Shown: piece after piece, positions 10,398 through 19,907 of the stretch | How positions within the stretch are numbered: position 1 is the first letter of the stretch | Layout of the letters: every line of letters begins with the position of its first letter | Origin: a virus | Direction: 5' to 3' (one strand) | DNA: 64,000 nt | Virus record (IMG/VR): IMGVR_UViG_3300023180_000018 | The notes under the pieces: generated by a model | Seen by the model: only the letters and a program-made list of their open reading frames with translations | What the model was told of the DNA's origin: nothing | Databases searched by the model: none | Made by a program: the position numbers and the translations under genes

Positions 10398-11662
10398 TAT
10401 TCTAATCCCTTATTTAAACCAATCTTTCTACAATCTAAAATCATTTCATGGCTCATCTGTCCATCTTCACCATTTCTGATCATATGCTTTATATCTTTCA
10501 CAATAAATCTTCCATTAATTAATTCAGCGTCTTCACCACCTGAGGTAACACCAGCAAATTGTGGAATATTAATACCAACACTATCACCTATCATAATCTC
10601 AGTATCACCATATACTCTTATCTTTACGCCGGTTGATAACATTTTAGATCTAAAAGCCCGCTTGAAAGGAATAGTTTTAATATGATCTGAAGCAGGTCTT
10701 AATTCATCGAATACAATCATACTTGAGATTGCTGGATATTCATGAACACTTTCGTTAAAGTTTTGACTATTTTGATCTCCTATAGAATCCGAATGCGCAT
10801 TAAAAGAGAATCCATCGTGTATATTAGTATAATCATGTGTTTCAAAATAATCGCCGTGATAGATATTGAAAGCTCTTACTTGATTACGTATTCCACCGGA
10901 TAATACACGATCAACTGATGATAACCCATCTAGTCTTTGAAAATCTAGTATATTAAAAGCATTAACTACTTTTTCAAAATCACCACCTTGATTTGATGTA
11001 TCATAAAAATAATAGAAATCATCTGCATAATCTTCTCTTTCTTTAATTAAATTTTCAATCGTAGTAAAATTGTATTGTTCATTATCTTCATAGAATATAA
11101 AAAATGAAGATGCAAATTCTGCAGATACTGCTCTTTCCGTAAGTAAATCTATTACTTGGAAAGGACGTACTCTATTCACAGCGTGATCAAAAAATCCTTT
11201 TGTCTTTTCTACGTATACGGGTTTCTCTGATCTCAGATCTACTTGAATACACTGTAACACAGCATCGCTAAACTCCATCTCTTTATATCGCTTAGAAAAA
11301 ACAATACTACTATTATAAAGAAAATCAAGAGTGACGCATTTTAATTTATAAGATTGTGCATTACCCATTGGATTTGGAGCAATACCTTCTACGCGTTCTA
11401 CAAAGAACTTATACGCACATTCTTTTCTACCTTCAGACTGTATAGCAAACTCAACAACCTCTTCACCACCCACCGGAAAATAGTCAAGTAAATCAATTCC
11501 ATCGTTTACGTAGATATCACATTGCATACAATGTTCATCTAGGGATTCATAAATATCAATTCCTGTTACTAGATTATAGATGTTAATAGGATCTATATCT
11601 GGAAATTTATATAACCAGATTGTTTGTTCTAGTATATCAACACTTCCAACGTCTGTACTCAT
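10397..11662 (-). CDS. Baseplate hub protein (gp27/late-control-D-like)
   Basis: Between gp53 and gp5; IDIYESL..CDIYVND, FIFYED, VYGD..IGD, GRFIVKDIKH motifs. Confidence 0.6.
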   Translation of the reverse strand: MSTDVGSVDILEQTIWLYKFPDIDPINIYNLVTGIDIYESLDEHCMQCDIYVNDGIDLLDYFPVGGEEVVEFAIQSEGRKECAYKFFVERVEGIAPNPMGNAQSYKLKCVTLDFLYNSSIVFSKRYKEMEFSDAVLQCIQVDLRSEKPVYVEKTKGFFDHAVNRVRPFQVIDLLTERAVSAEFASSFFIFYEDNEQYNFTTIENLIKEREDYADDFYYFYDTSNQGGDFEKVVNAFNILDFQRLDGLSSVDRVLSGGIRNQVRAFNIYHGDYFETHDYTNIHDGFSFNAHSDSIGDQNSQNFNESVHEYPAISSMIVFDELRPASDHIKTIPFKRAFRSKMLSTGVKIRVYGDTEIMIGDSVGINIPQFAGVTSGGEDAELINGRFIVKDIKHMIRNGEDGQMSHEMILDCRKIGLNKGLE

Positions 11663-12528
11663 TATGCTTTATTCATCATATCATTAAGTTGTTTATTTAA
11701 ACTTGATGCATTATCTGCGTCGATGAGAAATAACTCTCGTTTCTTTTCATTTAAATCATTTTCGAAATCGTAAGCATTGACCGCAGAAAAATATACTTCC
11801 TCATTTTCATTAATGACTTGGTGTGTAGATACACTATCTGCATCGACTGTATATGTATCGGATGCTCCTCTTTTTGTTACAGTATAATCACTACCGGCGG
11901 TCCAATCACCATAGACATGTTGTATTGTTATCGCACTTGTGTTAGCCCAGGTTACAGTTCCATAAACGGAACTATTACTGTCTTTTATAAGGATATCGCC
12001 GGCGCTTGCGGCGGCGTCCACGGTCGCGACATTAAAACTAACATACTTATTTGTCGGTACTACGATATCTTCTTTTTGTCTAACATATCCGGAAATACCA
12101 AAAGCGTTATATATAGGACCCCAATATTTTTTACGGTCTCCAATTAAATTATTATATTGTTCGGAAGACAAGATCGTATCGTCACTTTCCCAATTATTTT
12201 TCCATTGTACAATTGCTTGTAAAGCATAATCAAAGGATCCATATTTTTTAATAATAAATTCTTGGAAATCTTGCTCGTTCAGCACTACCCCATAATACGG
12301 ATCACTAATATCATTTGCTAGATAGATTAACCAATCAAAATTCACATCGTCGTAATAATTAAATGCGAGGTGTTCTATTCGTTCGCTACTATCCATCGTA
12401 TAGGTATAGAATCGATTATAATATTCTTTGACCGTCGACGAAATATCTACTCGCTTCATTATATTAAGAGCAGGTGTACCATCATAATCGATTACAGGAA
12501 ATCTTTCGAAGAATCTTTTAATTGCCAT
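11662..12528 (-). CDS. gp53: Baseplate wedge subunit gp53
   Basis: FFERFPVIDY, ERIEHLAFNYYDD..WLIYLANDISDPY, YDFENDLNEKKR. Confidence 0.85.
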   Translation of the reverse strand: MAIKRFFERFPVIDYDGTPALNIMKRVDISSTVKEYYNRFYTYTMDSSERIEHLAFNYYDDVNFDWLIYLANDISDPYYGVVLNEQDFQEFIIKKYGSFDYALQAIVQWKNNWESDDTILSSEQYNNLIGDRKKYWGPIYNAFGISGYVRQKEDIVVPTNKYVSFNVATVDAAASAGDILIKDSNSSVYGTVTWANTSAITIQHVYGDWTAGSDYTVTKRGASDTYTVDADSVSTHQVINENEEVYFSAVNAYDFENDLNEKKRELFLIDADNASSLNKQLNDMMNKA

Positions 12529-12531
12529 ATA

Positions 12532-13887
12532 TTAACCTTGTTCGTCTTCAGAAGTATATTGTTCTATTTCTTGGAATGTCATCGATAATGTAATTGAAAC
12601 GGGTCTTCCATCAATAAAGAAAGCACTCGATCCTTCTGCTGTATAATTAATAGAAATGTTTGTTATAGCAGATCTTTTAAAGTTACCGTAATCATATATT
12701 TCACTACCCTCCCTTATTACATTAGGCTGTACAATATTCGGAAATTTCAAAAATGCTTTACCTGCGCCATTTAATTCAGGAAGAGCGTGTAACTTTATTT
12801 CTTTTAGTATCTGCTGTAATACATCACTTTCATCAAAACTACGTGGAATTAATCTCCATACCCAATTAAATTCTCGTAGGTTCAAACCCTTAAAGAATAA
12901 TGTGGGATGAGGATTAGGTACCATCCCTGCAACACTGGACACTACCCCACCTATTGCTGCATCTTCTGTCATAAATTTTTGTAATGCTAAATACCTTGCT
13001 GCATCTCTTGCTCCACTCGCACCTTCTCCAGCAGTTAACTGACCTGCCTGATTCATAATTTGTCGACCACTATCCATTAATCTTCCTTCAGACATTGATC
13101 TTGTAGCATCCGCATTAATAGAATCCAATACAGCACCTAACGCTGCTTGATCCTGTTGAGAGTGTATAATGTTATGAGCTACTGTCATGTTTTCCGGTAG
13201 AGGCAGATATACCACTATCTGTTCCCCTACACTACCCCCCTTATAAGCGTTCTCTCTCGTATATTCTAAGAACCTTAATTGCAAATAAGCCTGAGTATTC
13301 GTTTCTAAATCCATCGGGAACATTAATCCTCCGAATGGCAGATCTAGTTTACCTGTTATTTTATTTGCTGCCTTTCTTACTTTACTATTCACCGTAGACT
13401 TTAACTTAGCAGGTATACGATTTCCTAGTGACGAAAAATCTTTGGTGTGTTTAGCAACTGCGCGCGTAATATTTTTTGCTGCTTTGTTATGTGCGATTCC
13501 CTTCATGGCTACAGAGGTAATTTTAGAGGCGATCTTTGTGGGTACCCCAGCCCCCTCCAGCTTCGCACCGAGAGCACTACCCACCACTATAGCTGCCTTG
13601 TTCCCGCCTCCTAGTGAAGAGAGTTTCCCTGCGATATCTCCTGTAATTCCGCCTGCTTTTCCTAATGATCCAGCGAGGCCAGAGACACTGCTGATCTGCG
13701 CCTTTTCTAATAAAGAAGATTTTTGTTTAAGCTGACCTGTGAGTGATCCTACATCCTTTAATGCGTTATTAGAAATCTTTCTCTTCGTCTTAGAGAGAAG
13801 AGCCGAAGCAGGACTTGTCACGGCCTGTGTGACTGTATTAACTGTCTTTGATTTAACGCTATCTACTAGGTTATTATGGAATGACAT
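12532..13887 (-). CDS. gp48: Baseplate tail-tube cap gp48 with long N-terminal extension
   Basis: C-terminal half: VYLPLP, NPHPTLFFKGLNLREFNWVWRLIPRS, ISINYT, ITLSMTFQEIE. Confidence 0.75.
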   Translation of the reverse strand: MSFHNNLVDSVKSKTVNTVTQAVTSPASALLSKTKRKISNNALKDVGSLTGQLKQKSSLLEKAQISSVSGLAGSLGKAGGITGDIAGKLSSLGGGNKAAIVVGSALGAKLEGAGVPTKIASKITSVAMKGIAHNKAAKNITRAVAKHTKDFSSLGNRIPAKLKSTVNSKVRKAANKITGKLDLPFGGLMFPMDLETNTQAYLQLRFLEYTRENAYKGGSVGEQIVVYLPLPENMTVAHNIIHSQQDQAALGAVLDSINADATRSMSEGRLMDSGRQIMNQAGQLTAGEGASGARDAARYLALQKFMTEDAAIGGVVSSVAGMVPNPHPTLFFKGLNLREFNWVWRLIPRSFDESDVLQQILKEIKLHALPELNGAGKAFLKFPNIVQPNVIREGSEIYDYGNFKRSAITNISINYTAEGSSAFFIDGRPVSITLSMTFQEIEQYTSEDEQG

Positions 13888-13918
13888 AAATATCTTATCT
13901 CTTAGTGTTTAATTAATC

Positions 13919-14359
13919 ATGGCGTATAAAGGCAAATTCAAACCACGTAATCCATCCAAATATAAAGGCGATCCTACAAACATCATCTATAGGAGCCGAT
14001 GGGAATTAGTATTTATGGACTACTGTGATTCCCATAAGGATATAATAAAGTGGGCCTCTGAGGAATTCTTTATTCCATATAGGTCTCTCATAGATGGCCG
14101 TCTCCACAGATACTTTCCAGACTTCTATATAGAAAAGCTCGATAAGGATGGCCATAAAGAAATCGTAGTCATAGAAATAAAACCGCGATCTCAGACAATT
14201 GAACCTAAACCCTCTAAACAAATCACCAAAAGATATTTATATGAAGTCAGAGAATATGGACGAAATATATCTAAATGGAAAGCCGCAGAAAAATTTTGTT
14301 TAGAAAGAGGCTGGAGATTTATGATAATGACCGAGAAAGAGCTAGGGATTAAATTTTAA
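13919..14359 (+). CDS. gp4: Head completion nuclease gp4 (TnsA-like)
   Basis: MAYKGKFKPRNPSKYKGDPTNIIYRSRWE..WASEE..HRYFPDF..EIKP..KWKAA. Confidence 0.92.
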   Translation: MAYKGKFKPRNPSKYKGDPTNIIYRSRWELVFMDYCDSHKDIIKWASEEFFIPYRSLIDGRLHRYFPDFYIEKLDKDGHKEIVVIEIKPRSQTIEPKPSKQITKRYLYEVREYGRNISKWKAAEKFCLERGWRFMIMTEKELGIKF

Positions 14360-14370
14360 TTCTCGCGAAA

Positions 14371-14468
14371 GGAAACAAAGGGCAACCGGCTTTAAATACG
14401 GTTTTTTTTGATTAATAAATAGTAGAGAAAACACAGACGAACCCCTTTTAAATACGGTTTTTTTATTA
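14371..14468. repeat. Two imperfect ~40-bp direct repeats (56-bp period) with identical core TTTAAATACGGTTTTTTT
   Basis: Cores at 14391-14408 and 14447-14464; upstream halves GGAAACAAAGGGCAACC / GAAAACACAGACGAACC also align. Confidence 0.8.
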
Positions 14469-14532
14469 TGTTGCTCTCGATAGGTATTTTATATTTGTTT
14501 TTTTTACTTTTTTTACTTTTTAAGGATGATAT

Positions 14533-14688
14533 ATGATGAAATTATTGGATAAATTTGCGAATCAAATCAAAAATGATATTCAAGCAAAGAAGATTTATGA
14601 AGCTCGATGGGTTTGGTATCATACAATTCTTGCCTTCGAATTATTAATTATTATCTTTGTACTCATTGGAATTTTGATAAAAATATGA
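14533..14688 (+). CDS. Small membrane protein (51 aa)
   Basis: Manual translation MMKLLDKF..IYEARWVWYHTILAFELLIIIFVLIGILIKI; AAGGA RBS; ATGA overlap with next gene. Confidence 0.6.
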   Translation: MMKLLDKFANQIKNDIQAKKIYEARWVWYHTILAFELLIIIFVLIGILIKI

Positions 14689-15254
14689 GTTTTAAGCCTT
14701 TTGTAATACGTAATGTATTAAACGAAGAAATGATTGAATATTATGATTCTTCTTTTATAGATCTTTTCTCTTGTGTTGAAAATCCGATTTTGAATCATAT
14801 GTTTAGAGGAAATATTTCTTATGTTTCTTGTCCGCGATATAGAAGAAAAGATGATATTGAAAAAGTTCGTCTTCGAATAGAAAAGAAATTAAAAAAAAGT
14901 TTATATTATACGTATGTTTTTCATGCGGAGTATTATTATGAATCGTTTATGGGTCCGCATAGAGATAATCCAGCGTGTGAAGTTTCGATTACGATGCATA
15001 TTCATGGTGATCAATCTTGGCCAATTAAGATGATTTATGATGAAAAGGTTTTATCGTTTAAAATAAATCCTGGTGATGGGATTGTTTATCCTGGTCCTGA
15101 TGTATTGCATTGGCGAGAGCCTTATCTTGGTGAACATTATAATCAATTAATGTTTCATTATTCTTCGTTTCCAATGAATGTATCAAATGAAGAAAGAATT
15201 AATATAATAGAATATGAGCAAAAAATAGATAAATATTACAGCAAATACGTTTAA
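14685..15254 (+). CDS. 2OG-Fe(II) oxygenase
   Basis: PHRD..CEVSITM..PGDGIVYPG..HWRE motif; likely start ATG 14685 rather than 14607. Confidence 0.75.
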   Translation: MSFKPFVIRNVLNEEMIEYYDSSFIDLFSCVENPILNHMFRGNISYVSCPRYRRKDDIEKVRLRIEKKLKKSLYYTYVFHAEYYYESFMGPHRDNPACEVSITMHIHGDQSWPIKMIYDEKVLSFKINPGDGIVYPGPDVLHWREPYLGEHYNQLMFHYSSFPMNVSNEERINIIEYEQKIDKYYSKYV

Positions 15255-15259
15255 GAAAC

Positions 15260-15847
15260 ATGGCAACATACATCTTTGATAAAATAGCGCGAGAGCAGCA
15301 AACTGCTGGTGTTTCCGGCGTGGAAGCTCGTGATTGGCTGAGAGATAGAGCATCAGAAATCAACTCAGTGAATATACGAAAAGAAATGACGAATCGTGCA
15401 TTAACTCAATCTAATATCACAAATCAAGATATTGGACGAATGTTTATGTACTTTTATACAGCGAAAACAAAAGATAAGTTGCCTTATTGGGACAGATTTC
15501 CTTGCATCTTTGTTGTTGATGTAACAGCAGACGGATTCACGGGAATTAACTTACATTATTTAAGTCCTCTTTACAGAGCTCGTTTAATGGATAGCTTATA
15601 TACGATTCAACGTAATGATGGACTAAGAAAAAGTAAAAAGCTGCGAATGAATTATCAATTATTAAGTAGTGCAGCAAAATTTCGTTGGTTTAAGCCAACG
15701 TTTAAAAAATATTTAAGAAGTCAAGTAAGAAGTCGATATTTGTGGGTTCCTGCAGAATCGTGGGATGTAGCGTTAATGTTGCCGACTCAAAGATTTGTAC
15801 GTACAACTAAGAATAGAGTTTGGAGAGACAGTCGCAATGCCTTTTAA
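15260..15847 (+). CDS. gp2: DNA end protector protein gp2
   Basis: GRMFMYFY..KTKDKLPYWDRFP..GINLHYL..FKKYL..W..ALMLPTQRF. Confidence 0.9.
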   Translation: MATYIFDKIAREQQTAGVSGVEARDWLRDRASEINSVNIRKEMTNRALTQSNITNQDIGRMFMYFYTAKTKDKLPYWDRFPCIFVVDVTADGFTGINLHYLSPLYRARLMDSLYTIQRNDGLRKSKKLRMNYQLLSSAAKFRWFKPTFKKYLRSQVRSRYLWVPAESWDVALMLPTQRFVRTTKNRVWRDSRNAF

Positions 15848-16370
15848 CATAAGCGAATTTAAAAGCAATCTAGGAAAGAATGGATTATTACGCGCTTCTC
15901 ATTATGAAGTAGAATTGTTTTTTCCTGCAATACTCGGCAATGATCGTGAATTGGTGTTAAAAACCGAGAGTGTAAACATTCCAGGATTTGCATCGTTTAG
16001 TGCTGATAATTATCGCCCATATGGTGCAGGCAAAACTATTTCTATTCCGTATGGATATAATCCAACATCAATTCAGTGTGCACATATGATTGATTCAAAC
16101 GGTGATACATTACAAAAGTTTTATGATTGGTCTGACTTAATTGTAGGAAGATCTGGTAATCAAGCACAATATCTTGTTGCTTACTATGAAGATTATATTG
16201 GTACAATGAATATTAAAATATTTAATGGTGCAGGTGATCTTTCAAAGACTATTGTTGTAAAAGAAGTATATCCAATCTCATACGATCAAGTAGGCATGGG
16301 ATGGAATGAAACAGATAGATTTTTAAGTTTGAACGTTGACTATAATTATTCGACGTATGAATATACTTAA
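15837..16370 (+). CDS. gp54: Tail tube initiator gp54 / gp19-like tube-fold protein
   Basis: MPFNISEFK..ESVNIPG..YYEDY..EVYPIS; GGAGAG RBS supports ATG 15837; synteny gp2-gp54-gp26. Confidence 0.65.
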   Translation: MPFNISEFKSNLGKNGLLRASHYEVELFFPAILGNDRELVLKTESVNIPGFASFSADNYRPYGAGKTISIPYGYNPTSIQCAHMIDSNGDTLQKFYDWSDLIVGRSGNQAQYLVAYYEDYIGTMNIKIFNGAGDLSKTIVVKEVYPISYDQVGMGWNETDRFLSLNVDYNYSTYEYT

Positions 16371-16380
16371 TGAGGAGTAA

Positions 16381-17094
16381 ATGATGGCTTTACCGCAAGT
16401 AGCGTCAATAACGTTTAATTGCATTCAACCTTCTACAAGAAAAGAAATTACTTTTCGTCCTTTCCTTGTAAAAGAAGAAAAAGTGTTATTAATGGCGAAA
16501 GAAAGTGGAGAAAGAGTTGATATTTTTAATGCTATTAAAAGTATTATCAATGCGTGTGTATTAACACCCGGATTTAATGTAGACGAAATTCCTATTTTTG
16601 ATATGGAATACATCTTCATTAAATTAAGATCTGCAAGTGTATCAAACACGGTAGAGTTTCAGGTTGAAGATAGTACAGACGGTATAACGTATAATTTAAC
16701 GTTAGATCTTGATGATGTTGAAGTACAATTTCCAGATGACGTTGAAAGGAAAGTAATGATTAATGATGATCTGGGAATGATGCTTAAATATCCAACACCA
16801 AGAATTTCAGATAAAATTCGTGGTTTGACAAAGATGGCTGATATTACATATGCGACTATTAATCATTGTGTAGATTATGTGTTTGATGCTGAGGAAGTAT
16901 ATCCTTGGGCAGAGGCATCAGAAAAAGAAAGAGAAGATTGGTTAGATTCATTGCCGATCGATGCATATAATAAGATCAATGAATTTTTTGAGCGTGTACC
17001 TAAGATCGAACATATTGTGACTTATGAAAATAGTGAAGGAACTGAAAAAAGAGTCTATTTTAGGAATTTAGACGATTTTTTTACGCTGGGCTGA
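16381..17094 (+). CDS. gp26: Baseplate hub assembly protein gp26
   Basis: MALP..FRPFLVKEEKVLLMAKES..FDMEYIFIKLRSASV..LKYP..LDDFF. Confidence 0.88.
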   Translation: MMALPQVASITFNCIQPSTRKEITFRPFLVKEEKVLLMAKESGERVDIFNAIKSIINACVLTPGFNVDEIPIFDMEYIFIKLRSASVSNTVEFQVEDSTDGITYNLTLDLDDVEVQFPDDVERKVMINDDLGMMLKYPTPRISDKIRGLTKMADITYATINHCVDYVFDAEEVYPWAEASEKEREDWLDSLPIDAYNKINEFFERVPKIEHIVTYENSEGTEKRVYFRNLDDFFTLG

Positions 17095-17261
17095 GTTACA
17101 CTGATCTCTATCTACATTATAAGCTAAACTTTGACGTAACTCAGTATCACAGGTTCACATTGATAGACATTGAGAATATGATTCCTTTTGAACGGGATTT
17201 GTATATTGAGATGTTAGCTGATAAAGTAAAAAGAGAAAACGAGCAAAGAAAGAATGGGTAA
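17076..17261 (+). CDS. gp51: gp51-like hub assembly chaperone segment, probably reached by -1 frameshift from gp26
   Basis: -1 frame reads FFYAGLSYTDLYLHYKLNFDVTQYHRFTLIDIENMIPFERDLYIEMLADKVKRENEQRKNG*, resembling marine T4-like gp51; TAG at 17061 closes the frame upstream and no ATG/GTG/TTG precedes the conserved part. Confidence 0.7.
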   Translation, partial: FFYAGLSYTDLYLHYKLNFDVTQYHRFTLIDIENMIPFERDLYIEMLADKVKRENEQRKNG

Positions 17262-19578
17262 AGCAAAAGCAGCAAGGGCAGCATTTAAAAGTCTTAGGAA
17301 AGGTAAAAAACTTCGTAAGAAAAAAGGTGCTGCCGCAAAAAATATTAAAGGTGGTGCTGCTGCGGGTGCGTTAGGAGGACTCGGCGCTGCTATTAATGAG
17401 ATGATGAGTGGTGATGAAGCAAAAGAAATGCAAACGCTCCCAGCAACTGTTACTCAAGCTGCAGCCAACACTGAAAAAGCAAAAAAACGCGAGCGAACCG
17501 AATTTAATGCTGCCGATGTACTGGAAGGCACGCTCATTCCTCGTCAAGACATCATACCTGAACTTGGACCAGAAGAAGGACAATATTCACAACACTTAAA
17601 TCTCATCATTGAAAGAGTAGCTCGATTAGAAGAAGAAGTATACAGGCAAAGCTTATTATTAAATAAAGTAGCATCAATTATTGATGAACAAACTGAGTTC
17701 CAAAAATCTGAATCAATTAAAGAAGAAAGACGATATGACGAGGAGCAAGTAGAAGAACAATCTACTGTCAGTAAAATCATTGATGCTGGTGTTGGAATGG
17801 CAAAAGCTTATGGTGCTGCAGCGGGAGTAAAGTATGGTGCAATAGCAGGCATGGCTGCGTTGTGGGCAGGCAGTGAAGTAGCGGCCGATGAACTAGAAGA
17901 TAATACTACTCCAATGGATGATGTATTTGATACATTAGAGTTTGTTGAAGAAACAGCACTTAAAGCAACAATGGGTGTTGCTGCATTAAGAGGAACACCT
18001 GTTGGACCTAAAGTAGCTGAAGCTGCGAAAGGGATGGCAGAAAAAACAAAAGCTAAGGCAGTAAAAGCTTCATCTCCATTAGTTAAAGGCGTTAAGAATG
18101 TCGCCGGTGTTGCTAAAGACTTGAAAACAGATTTAATGAAAGGACCGGGTGCTAAACCTCCTAGCACACAGCTTACTGTAGTTAAACCAAAAACACCCAT
18201 GATTGGAACAACTCCAAACGCTGCAAAAGCTATCCCACCGCAAATTAATAATGCTGCAAAATATCAAAAATATCTTGCAAACATGAAATCAGCGCAGGGT
18301 TTGATTACTAAAATTTCTAAGAAAGCCGGTGAATGGACTACCGCAACACAGAATTTTATTAAAAGCTTACCATCACGATTTGCTCAATTTATAAAGTTTT
18401 TAGGTAAGAACATCGTTAAGTGGGCTTTAATAATTGAAGCTATTATGTTTATGATTCGTTCTACAGAATTATTATTACTCGGAAGCATTACTGAAGAAGA
18501 ATGGCATAAAGGTAATAAAGAACAGATCAATAAAATTATATCTTTATTTGGTGCACCGTGGGTCATTGCTAAAATTGGATTCTTAGTTGGTAGCGTAATA
18601 CCAGTGTTAGGAAATGCGGCAGGCGGTGTTGCTGGTCTTATTATTGGTGTTATTTGGGGAGATAAAATCTATACCGCAATTGGAATGGATAAACTAGTCA
18701 GTGCATTATACGACTTTATTGTATTGGGTAAAACCGATGGTCTTAAATCTTGTTGGAATGGATTAGTAAGCTGGGTGACTAAAGAACTTCCGGCAATGAT
18801 GGCAGAAGCTGCAAAAGATGTAGCTTTAGCTGCAACTGGCGTTGATATCGCCATGACCGAAGAAGAGTTAGCAGAAAATTATGGTGAAGGAACATCAACG
18901 GCAGATATTTTACTCAAGGCCGGTGAAGGTATTGGCACAGATGAAGATGCTATTCTTGGTGCATTGAATAGAGTTAAAACAAAACAAGATTGGATACAAT
19001 TGCAACAAGATTTTAAAGCGATAAATGAGGATCAAACATTAGATGAATATTTACAAGATGAGCTTAGTGTTAATGAATATGAAAAAGCAATGGATATGGT
19101 TGACACAAATCTTGGGCTTCCTCCAAAAATCCGCGTCAATACTAAAGGTGGTGTTGTTAGATTAACCAAAGAACAAATAATCGATGGGATACAGACCAAA
19201 ACGATTAATCGTTTTGCAGGTGAAAGAGCTCTTGTAAAATTAGAAGAAAAGATTGCAGAGTCTCCAGTCAATGAAGAAACACCTATGTCGCAAAACGTTA
19301 TCATTGGTGCTGATGGATCTGAATGGAAAGTTGGAGATCCTCAAAGACCGGCACCAACGATTGGTATGGAAATTCCTGATGGTCAAGTACGTAGTACTAA
19401 TAACATTACGTACACACCGGCAGAAGATAGAGGAGGGGATCTTATTGTAGTTAAGCAACCTGCTCGTAGTGTTGTAACTAATCAAGGAATCCCAATAGGA
19501 CAAAAGGTCCCGCTTGAGACGAGACCTTCTGCTGTAGCAAGAGATAGTTTTATCTCTTCTAATCCACACTATTCTTAG
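17254..19578 (+). CDS. Tape-measure/gp29-like protein with hydrophobic segments and an annexin-like repeat
   Basis: Follows gp26/gp51; Ala/Gly/Lys-rich helical sequence, coiled coil, hydrophobic GSVIPVLGNAAGGVAGLIIG segment. Confidence 0.55.
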   Translation: MGKAKAARAAFKSLRKGKKLRKKKGAAAKNIKGGAAAGALGGLGAAINEMMSGDEAKEMQTLPATVTQAAANTEKAKKRERTEFNAADVLEGTLIPRQDIIPELGPEEGQYSQHLNLIIERVARLEEEVYRQSLLLNKVASIIDEQTEFQKSESIKEERRYDEEQVEEQSTVSKIIDAGVGMAKAYGAAAGVKYGAIAGMAALWAGSEVAADELEDNTTPMDDVFDTLEFVEETALKATMGVAALRGTPVGPKVAEAAKGMAEKTKAKAVKASSPLVKGVKNVAGVAKDLKTDLMKGPGAKPPSTQLTVVKPKTPMIGTTPNAAKAIPPQINNAAKYQKYLANMKSAQGLITKISKKAGEWTTATQNFIKSLPSRFAQFIKFLGKNIVKWALIIEAIMFMIRSTELLLLGSITEEEWHKGNKEQINKIISLFGAPWVIAKIGFLVGSVIPVLGNAAGGVAGLIIGVIWGDKIYTAIGMDKLVSALYDFIVLGKTDGLKSCWNGLVSWVTKELPAMMAEAAKDVALAATGVDIAMTEEELAENYGEGTSTADILLKAGEGIGTDEDAILGALNRVKTKQDWIQLQQDFKAINEDQTLDEYLQDELSVNEYEKAMDMVDTNLGLPPKIRVNTKGGVVRLTKEQIIDGIQTKTINRFAGERALVKLEEKIAESPVNEETPMSQNVIIGADGSEWKVGDPQRPAPTIGMEIPDGQVRSTNNITYTPAEDRGGDLIVVKQPARSVVTNQGIPIGQKVPLETRPSAVARDSFISSNPHYS

Positions 19579-19907
19579 ATGATACCTAATTTATAACGAG
19601 TATTATAAGTTCTTGACGTATCATCGTGAATGTATATGTCAAGCTCACGTGCATTAGTAAACTTATTGCGAACATCACCAAAAAATGTCCTTTTCCCATC
19701 AATGGGCTTTCGACCTTTAATGCTGATACGCTTATACATCGCTTTAGTGTTTCTTATATAAGCACATTGTAAATCTAAAGAAACATTTTGATTATGAACT
19801 GCAATCGTTTTCTTAATTGCTGATAAGATATCACCCATATCTACTGCAGACATAGGATCAAGTGTACAAACGTAAAAGCTTGACTTACGATTTTGTTTGA
19901 TTTCCAT
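19575..19907 (-). CDS. Hypothetical protein
   Basis: ORF; likely start ATG 19907 coupled to the upstream stop. Confidence 0.6.
   Translation of the reverse strand: MEIKQNRKSSFYVCTLDPMSAVDMGDILSAIKKTIAVHNQNVSLDLQCAYIRNTKAMYKRISIKGRKPIDGKRTFFGDVRNKFTNARELDIYIHDDTSRTYNTRYKLGII

Noticed and set aside
14371-14468. Direct repeats as a mini-CRISPR array
   Set aside because: Only two imperfect copies, very short spacer, no cas genes; the exonuclease at 26911 is the usual phoH-linked phage enzyme
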